From Macrostomum lignano (lineage: Eukaryota), in the NCBI GenBank assembly GCA_002269645.1, contig NIVC01000381.1, forward strand, positions 1-64,000: a stretch of 64,000 nucleotides of DNA, in the 5' to 3' direction. The notes under the pieces are model-generated. The model made no database searches. It was not told the origin of the DNA and saw only the letters and a list, made by a program, of their open reading frames with translations. A program made the translations under genes and the position numbers. Shown piece by piece: positions 56,395 to 64,000 of this stretch (positions are counted from its first letter, which is position 1; each line of letters starts with the position of its first letter).

Positions 56395-59300
56395 GTCTGC
56401 CCAACTTTCATGAAGCTTCAACAACTTACACAACTGTTTTACTGCAATAAGGATTCAATGCGAAATGAAACTTATATTTCAAGCTACTAAAATTCTCACC
56501 AGCAGCGAACTCGGCGGAGGCTCAGGCCAGATAATCCCATCGGAATTGGACGGCTGCTGCTGCTGCTGCTGCTGTTTCATCTGCTCCATCTTCTGGCGTT
56601 TCAGTTCGCGAATTCGTTCTCGAATAGCGGAGGAAGAGCCGGCCGGGCCAGACGATGACTGGCCGGCGCCGCCGCTATCGTCAACCTTGTTGCCGCTGTC
56701 GCCGAGCTGTTGAGCGTCAGCGGCGGTGGACAAGCGTTTAGACGCAGCCGGCAAGCGGAACGTAGCGGTGGACAGAGGCCGGCCAGCGCCAGCAGCTGCA
56801 TTGGAACCGGAGTTCCGACGCAACTCCGACATCATGGATACTGGAGGCGGCGGCGGCGGTTGAAGATCGTCCTCGGTGAGCAGAGACGCTGGCAGCTCGG
56901 CCTCGCAACTGTTATTAACCTGATGCTGAGTGGCGCCATTGATTGTAGGACTGTGCATCATCTGTCTGCGCGAGCTGGGCGCAAACGGATTAATATTCTC
57001 ATCAGATATGGGATCATCCATGGTGTCTACGTCCATTTGCTTGCCGGGCGGTGGAGAAATTTTTGTTTTTCTTTTGCGTTTTCTGTTGCTGTTGGACAAA
57101 CAGTGGGATAAAGATTAACAATGAGTCAGCAACTTAATGCGTTGTTTGCAATGTTTTCTATAGTATGTTTGCTTGTGGATTAAAATGATAATGCATGATT
57201 TACAAACCACCCTACCCATTATATTGCTGAGCCTCTGTCAGACTTCATAGACTGCATGTTTACAAATTTTTGCTCAACAGTAACAATTAGTAAAAGTCTT
57301 GAAATCGCTAGAATCCCAATAAATACAAAACTAAACATAATTTTAATGAGAAATTACTTATAAAACCTTTGTGCGCAGTGGGGTGGGGGTTGCTCACTCA
57401 CTTATTTACCTGTGTGCTGCCCCCTGTACCACATTGCTAGCACTGGCTTAGCAGCTCAATTTTTTTAACCTTTTTACTCATTTTATCTTGTTTGCTTGCC
57501 TGTTTATTTCTAACGTTCTTTGCCAATCACTTTGCATAAAATTAGCCAACAAATCTTATCATTTTCTGGGGGTTGCTTTCCAACCTCTTGCACTGCTTTG
57601 TGCCATAGACATTTCCATACCTGCTGCTCATTTCTTCTGCTATTGGGGTGTGACCTTAATGATTAAAATTATACATACTTATTTACTTGCAACCCATTTG
57701 CTATTCAAATAAACCTAAAGATGCACATTGCTAATGTAAAACTTGTTGCTTCATTAAACCTACGCAGATTTTCAGTTTCTTTTTCTTACTACTTTCCAAG
57801 TCTAGTTCTAAAATTTTCCATCTAATTTCAATATTCTTGGAACTTTGTTACTGTGTTGAATCAGTGATATTTTTATAATTTATAAAAAGTATTTGGATTT
57901 GTTAAAACTGTCATATATTTAGCATGTTTGTGGAACTATAAGTTTTTGTCAATTTTGCAGAACTTAACTGTAAAAGCATTTGCTGATATGTTGCCTATTT
58001 TGCACATATTGCAATACAGATACACATACATAAACATATATAGTTTACATGATTGCAATTATTGCTATTCAGTGATATAACATACATGTACATTAACTTA
58101 CTAGCTTACATTAAGTGATACTGCATGTTTATGTAGAAGATGCAAGAGAGCAAGAGAAGGTGCCATGCATACAAAAGAGTATATATAATGAGGGTTACAT
58201 GTCTAGGCCTAATCTTATTTACATAGTCCTTTTGCTTGCATTATACTTTATATAAACTGTATAATACACTTGTATATATATTTTTCCATAGCTCTTCTGC
58301 TTGAGTCCTAGCAATATTATTAGAATTATACTTTCATAAAGTTGCAACTACTATATACCAGACTATATTATATGTACACACATACCCAGTAGCAAAGGGT
58401 AACTAGATTTTATAGTTTTTGCAGCAAAAAAGTTTTTGAATTTGAAATAGCAATGAGAACTTTACATATCTAGAGGCAAAAAATTTACAAATTTATCCTA
58501 TATATACATATATTTTGTTTTGCATTTGCAGTAAATCAAAAGTAAAAAAGTGAGTATTGCTCATACTAAATTTTGTTTTTGATTTTGACAGAACACCTCT
58601 TTTAGAACACCTCTATTACCTATAGACAGTATGCCAATGTCTCTAGTTGCATCAAGTATGCTATTGCTAAAATAATTGATATATTAAATTACTAATGCAT
58701 ATAGCATAATGCATATTAGTATATTACTATATTATGATTTATGTTTTTAGTCAAAAATGATAATATTAATCACATACTATTGCTTTAAATTTTGGCAATA
58801 AGAGATTGCCTAGATTTTGAATTATAGATAGACCTATGGCTGTCATGTCTCTAAGTGTGGCATGCCTAGACCTATTAAAAAATACAAGTCTAATACATTG
58901 TCAATTTTCTAACACAATAAAAAGATAGGGGTCTAGGCTATCTTAGGCCACCCTACTTTTGAAATTTGGACAAGTAGTAGACCTAAAAATTTACAAAACT
59001 TTTGACATCATGACAAATTTTCAAAACAAGTTTGTAAATTATTTTGTTTATTTGTTTGACTGCATCCTTAATTTATTTCTGATTATATCTAGGCCTAAGC
59101 ATATTAAGTAGTTTTAAATTTATCAGAAATAAACAAAAAAAGCAATTAGAAATTTTCACTTGCAAGCCTGACCCCGTGACATTGATAGGTGACAGTGACA
59201 GATACAGTTGAATTATAGGCCTAACCCTTAACCATTTTTGGACTAAACCTTTAAGTAATAAATGATAAAAGACAGACGGACACACAGTTTTGATTTTTAT

Positions 59301-59444
59301 ATATAGGTATAGGCCTAGTCTAGATTACATAAAAGGTACATGAAATAGGTAAAAAATAGTTGGAGTCATGGCTACGCAGCTTAGTGTACTGTTGTTTTAT
59401 TGTTGTCAGACTCACGTCACTGCCGTCCCATCACACAACAGCAT
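45643..59444 (-). CDS. TACC: TACC-family (transforming acidic coiled-coil) protein; exons 59444-59416 (tentative), 57088-56500, 55179-55084, 54074-53814, 50420-50367, 47448-47137, 46029-45643 (~575 aa)
   Basis: C-terminal TACC domain DRDQALEDLRSVEKAFSDLHRRFEK...KNEETL...YQTLKAHAEEKL...ENAELTSICDTLI. N-terminal DENINPF motif. All introns are GT-AG and downstream phases are all 0. The first exon and the exact 5' acceptor are uncertain. Confidence 0.85.
46178..46990. repeat. ~46-47-bp minisatellite GAGGATTTCCCCTTGCTGGAATAATCAGTTTCTATTTTAAGAACACT in the last TACC intron
   Basis: About 16 units. Confidence 0.95.
47548..48835 (-). repeat. 28-bp satellite, array 3 (TACC intron)
   Basis: Reverse complement of the array 1 unit. 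Confidence 0.95.
49385..50200. repeat. 20/22-bp compound minisatellite AGAGTAGAATAG(ACACAAGTGC/ATAGGACT)
   Basis: Directly visible. Confidence 0.95.
50658..53580. repeat. 2.9-kb 23-bp satellite (ATCAGAGTGACTAGATGACGGTT) with higher-order structure
   Basis: 69-bp and 299-bp periodicities are visible. Confidence 0.95.
54290..54600. repeat. ~48-bp minisatellite (GAGGGTATTCCTTGGTTAACGGGTTTTTCCAAATCTATTTTTAGAACG)
   Basis: About 6 diverged units. Confidence 0.85.
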
Positions 59445-60257
59445 GGTGCATCAGTATCATCACATCAGCATCATCGTATAGGCCAGGCCTAGTGAAGTGA
59501 GTCACAATCAAATTAACATTTAACTTTTTAAAACCTGTATTCCGCGAAATATATTTTTTACAGAAAACCCGGAAAGTTAAGTTGTGTCCTCGTACACATT
59601 CGTAAAGGAGGAATTTTCTTTTTTTATAAAAATTAGCATGCTTTTTGTAGGTGCAGTTTTAAATTTTAAGCTACACGTTAGATCGTCAAAATCTAACCGC
59701 CTTTCATGGGAATTTTGGCAACAATACGATTCTGCACCACTAGAATACAATAACGTGGAATCCAAATGATTTTATAAGGAGGTCGGGTGTTAAATCTCAT
59801 TTCAATTTTCTAACATCATATTTTAGTTTTGTGGTTTTACCTGTATATATATATATATGTATATGCACGGTGCGGGCTTTCGAAAACATAATTTTCCTCG
59901 CATCGCCATACATGTACAGGTTATAGCGTACTGCATCATGGCTAATACCATGCAATGCTTTTGTTCCCCCACTCCACCTTGTGACTCGTTGTGGTAATCA
60001 ATAATTTTTCTTCAGGGCGCCAATTAAAATATAGCGCCTTTAGTGCCAAAATGAGTGCCTGCAACTGGGTACCTGCATGCAGCGCCAAAATGAGCGCTGC
60101 AGACAATCAAACACAATTCTCAAAATAATGGAATTGTAGGAATTTAGTTATGTACATGTACATGTTGAATTCTTGGCTTCGTCCCCCCACCTTAAAATCC
60201 ATACATGTATAAAATCCGTACTATATATTGCATGTAGCTCGTAAATGTGCGGACAAG

Positions 60258-60511
60258 GGGCCTTTTCATATTACCAATTCCAGAACCAGAATCGGTTCGG
60301 AATTCCAAGAAAAACAGCAGTATTAAACTCTGTTAATATTTGACTGCCTTAACAGCCTCACTTTGCACGATTTTTCACTTTCTTCTTGGCGATTGTCATT
60401 CAATAATAAAAACTTTATAGCACGTATCTCCCTCTAGTTATGGAGACAAAAAGTTATACTTCACAAATTGGTTCTGGTTCTGGAACCAGAACAAGCAAAA
60501 TGAAAAGGCCC
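60258..60511. mobile_element. 254-bp MITE, PIF/Harbinger (Tourist)-like
   Basis: Perfect 12-bp TIR GGGCCTTTTCAT...ATGAAAAGGCCC, 3-bp duplication AAG on both sides, and inner inverted CCAGAACCAGAA/TTCTGGTTCTGG. Confidence 0.75.
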
Positions 60512-61563
60512 AAGGACCATTGTATATACGTTATACAGTGCATAGTCCTTGTGTGCAGATCCTTTTATCAACTGTGGGTTTTACTTCGCCGCAGAATTTC
60601 TATAGTGATTTTGGGTTACATTTTCATTTTTCAGCTTTAGAAATTTATTCATCTCTCTGCATGCACACACATGTGTATGTACATGTATACCACTGTACAT
60701 GTCATGTGATATGACACTAATAAATGTGGATGGACTACATGATGTCCATGTAATCACTTCTCTCTCATCGTACATCATCATCGCGCATATATACTACTGT
60801 CAGTACTACGAGCTAGAACTAAATTTTATTTTCTAGCTGCTTAATAAGTTTTTTTGCTACCTTTTTTAGTTTTCATTCTGTATATATCTCTCTTCTAATT
60901 TTCAATGTCTGTACAGGTCCGTAGTAAGGGCAATTATGTTAGATAATCTGGAAGATCAATCACGTAACATAGCTATGCATGTTTTTCTTTTGCTTGATTG
61001 GGATTGAGTGAAATTACCAGTAATTAAATTGTTCTTGCGAGTTTAATTTAAAAGGCAACTGACGATGCAAATAATGCAGGTTTTACATGCATTCATTTTC
61101 TTTGATCGATCGCAATAATGCGAGCTCTGATTTCTGCACTCTGAGAGAGGCCTGGAGATATGAAAGAAGTAAATCTTTTTTTTAGACTTAGAAAATAACA
61201 TAGCTCGAGCACTCCAGATTAATTTTATTAAAAACCGTCGAAATATTTACAAATTAAAGTGTTTAAAAATGTATAAAAGCTCACGTATACAGGGCAACAG
61301 AACACAGAATGAAAGATGAGAAATTTAAACAAACTGGGGTGGCTACATGCTGTTATGTACAGGTGGCAGCAGGAAAAATATTAGATATTGCTGTGCGTAT
61401 TTTTATGAGATGAAAAACTTCACATAGATAAGGTTTCCAAGAAACCATGCACGTTTCGCTAATACATGTACAGTGTATGCATGTACATTTTCGTGTACAC
61501 TGCAAAAAAGCTCGTAAAATGGTTGACAATGGATTGAAGTTTTCATACATGATCGAATTAGTT

Positions 61564-62259
61564 TCAAACCCGCTCAGATCTCAACTCAATTTTTGCGACT
61601 CGCTTTTTCAATAGCAGACTGCTCAACTTGTCCAAGTCGACTCGAACCAGCGCGTGTCGTCGAAGTAGTCGTTGATGCTGCTGATGCTGCTGCAAGTGAA
61701 AATCACCGTCGATGCCACGATGAAGTGCCAGAAGCTCCTGTTGCACTGTGCCGATCTGCCGGGCCAGCAAAGGGCAGCCCGATGCTTTTGGCAGCAGGCT
61801 GGTCAACCGGTGCGGAAGCTCCGGTGTCGCTGCTGACGTGTTCATCACCAGCAAGACTTTGCCTCGGTTTACCAGAAACTTCTTCACTATAGGCAGTGCC
61901 GCAGCGACAGGGCCGTAGCGCAAATCCGTGAGCTCCTCCAGCAGGTAGGCAGCTATGTCGTCCAGACTGTGCAGCAGTGTCTGCTGATTTACCCTCAACC
62001 GACTACTGTCCATGATCTTGCTAGTAGACGGCGGCGAGTTGGAATTAGAGGCGTCGGTTGAGCACAGGTAGCACACTCGATATTTCCGATCAGCCAAAAT
62101 GCCCTGTGGCAAATTGAGTCGGTCTTCTAGAGCAGCCTGCTCGTAGCTGGGCAGCGGCGGCGGATGCTGGCACCGACGCTGCTGCTGTCTCTGATAAGAG
62201 TCGAATATTTGTCGAAGCAAGCCGAACCTGCCTTTGTTGTCTGAGTTCTTCGTAATCAT
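61564..62259 (-). CDS. Hypothetical single-exon protein (231 aa) with a PPxY-like motif
   Basis: ATG-initiated, GC-rich ORF in an AT-rich background, with Q/P tracts like the local real genes (PPPLPSYEQA). No family recognised. Confidence 0.55.
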   Translation of the reverse strand: MITKNSDNKGRFGLLRQIFDSYQRQQQRRCQHPPPLPSYEQAALEDRLNLPQGILADRKYRVCYLCSTDASNSNSPPSTSKIMDSSRLRVNQQTLLHSLDDIAAYLLEELTDLRYGPVAAALPIVKKFLVNRGKVLLVMNTSAATPELPHRLTSLLPKASGCPLLARQIGTVQQELLALHRGIDGDFHLQQHQQHQRLLRRHALVRVDLDKLSSLLLKKRVAKIELRSERV

Positions 62260-63174
62260 CTCAAGTGGAGCGGTTGAATGATCTCATAGCAATTCTCCTT
62301 CAAGTTCTGTCGATACATGGCAGCGTATATTTATACAATTGAGATTTTATATCGTGATTCGATTTCGACTAAACAACTTTTGGTATATTTTTAGCGATTG
62401 TTTCATGCTACCTACACATGTTTTCGTTGGCCGAGTAGGCTATACTGCAGTGGGGGGTCAATGGCGGATGCTGGTAGAGCCAATGGAATGATTGGAGCCA
62501 AATTTAGAAAAATACAGACTACGGGGGTTGCAGGTCACGCAGTTTGATATTGAAAGAGGCGCACGACGTGGTGCAGTCAATATCGCTTTACTATAGCTTA
62601 CATGTAAACTTCTTTATCTTTAGTACCTTCTGTTAGTGCTGCTCTGAGTGAATCAACTTGAGTCATGACAGATTTAAATTATTAAGCCTGTATTTGTTAT
62701 CAATTATAGATTATTGCTGTCCAATTCCAGAAGCCTATCCGGCTACTTGAATAATAAGTAAATCTTATCTTCGGCCTGTTTGAACTCGTTTGACCGTTAA
62801 AAATTTACAGCATTGGGACGGCCGGCCGGCACGCGTTCAAAAGCAAGTTTGGTGCGTATTTTGCCTTGAGATTTGCACCTCTGCTCATCAACTAGCACTC
62901 AGCTTGTACATTCAAGGATTAGCATTTCAAGATATTTTTAGAACACACGCATTTGTGCCGTGTGATTGCGCCAAACTTGTGCAACTACCGGGTATGTTGA
63001 CTACGTCATTCTGCGGCTGATAACAGTGTTGTTTTTACCGCATGAACTGCTGTATTAGAACTTCATGCGTGACTCTACATGTATGACTCTACATATGTGC
63101 TTTCTGGCAAAATAAAGTTCCACTTCTTGGATCTTCGGATAAGTCAGCGCCACATGGTTGTCTGAGCGTCACTA

Positions 63175-63505
63175 TGGATGTCGGGACACCACTAGGGGTG
63201 TCTGGGCGCCACTAATGGGTGTCTGGGCGCCAATATGGGTGTCTGGGCGCCAATATGGGTGCCTGGGCGCCAATATGGGTGTCTGGGCGCCAATATGGGT
63301 GTCTGGGCGCCACACGGTTGTCTGGGCGCCACTATGGGTGTCGGGGCGCCACTATGGGTGTCGAGATGTCACAATGGGTGTCGAGATGCCACTATGGGGG
63401 TCGAGATGCCACTATGGGTGTCGGGGTGTCACTATGGTGGTCGAGATGTCACTATGGGGGTCCAGATGCCACTATGGGTGTCGAGATGTCACTATGGGTG
63501 TCGGG
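63175..63505. repeat. 20-bp minisatellite (GGGTGTCTGGGCGCCAATAT) grading to GGGTGTCGAGATGCCACTAT
   Basis: Directly visible. Confidence 0.92.
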
Positions 63506-64000
63506 GCGCATAGGGATTTAAGCGGACAAAGGGATCCTGATTGAAGTGAAATCATTGAATCCAAAGCCTCTATCCAGTTTATTGCATAGCATGTAAACGG
63601 CCCAGCATTACACAGAGGAGATGAAGCTGACCTGGTTGCTACGCAAAATTCTTAATCTCGTACTCAAATCCCTTACCAGGTGTTTTTTCATACTGCTGCT
63701 GGTAGAATTTTCTTTCCAAAAGCGTGCGGCTGTCCCCAACACCTGCATTATTTCTCCCTATCCTCAATGCCTTCACTTCCAAGCCCCAAACTCGGGCTGT
63801 ACTTGCTGTACACCCGGCTCACTCTTGCCGGTGTACATTTATTGCCTTCCCCATGGCATAGCCCCTCATCCCCTAACTCTCTACCCTACGCTGTTGCTAG
63901 GGAGTGGTAGCTAAGGCAGCAATCAGCTCTAGCCCCCAAGCAGTTATTTAGCTCTTTACATTTCAATCTAGACTCTATAGCTAAAGGCATAACAGAACAA

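Noticed and set aside
63677-63745. Possible minus-strand exon ending at a GTAAGG donor
   Set aside because: Isolated at the window edge, so neither frame nor gene can be established.

Overview
Eukaryotic (animal) genomic DNA whose introns and intergenic spacers are packed with tandem repeats. The style (poly-Q/A/P coding tracts, satellite-filled introns) suggests a flatworm such as Macrostomum, which is inference only. I could rebuild four spliced host genes exon by exon: an NK4/tinman-class homeobox gene (- strand, apparently frameshifted), an MFSD10-like transporter (+), an MFSD8/CLN7-like transporter (-) and a TACC-family gene (-). There is also one unassigned single-exon ORF. Two near-complete, non-TSD mobile elements sit head-to-head between MFSD8 and TACC. 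One is a 4.4-kb tyrosine-recombinase retrotransposon with split direct repeats (Ngaro/PAT type). The other is a 10.5-kb Helitron with both termini and a 9-exon OTU-Rep-helicase gene. Most interesting observation: neither the RT/RNaseH ORF nor the recombinase ORF of the retrotransposon has its own upstream ATG, and a single strong splice donor inside gag is phase-compatible with an acceptor in front of each. This predicts alternative splicing that puts a SAP-like DNA-binding module on both enzymes. Most long ORFs in the supplied track are artefacts of tandem repeats. All coordinates were derived by hand.
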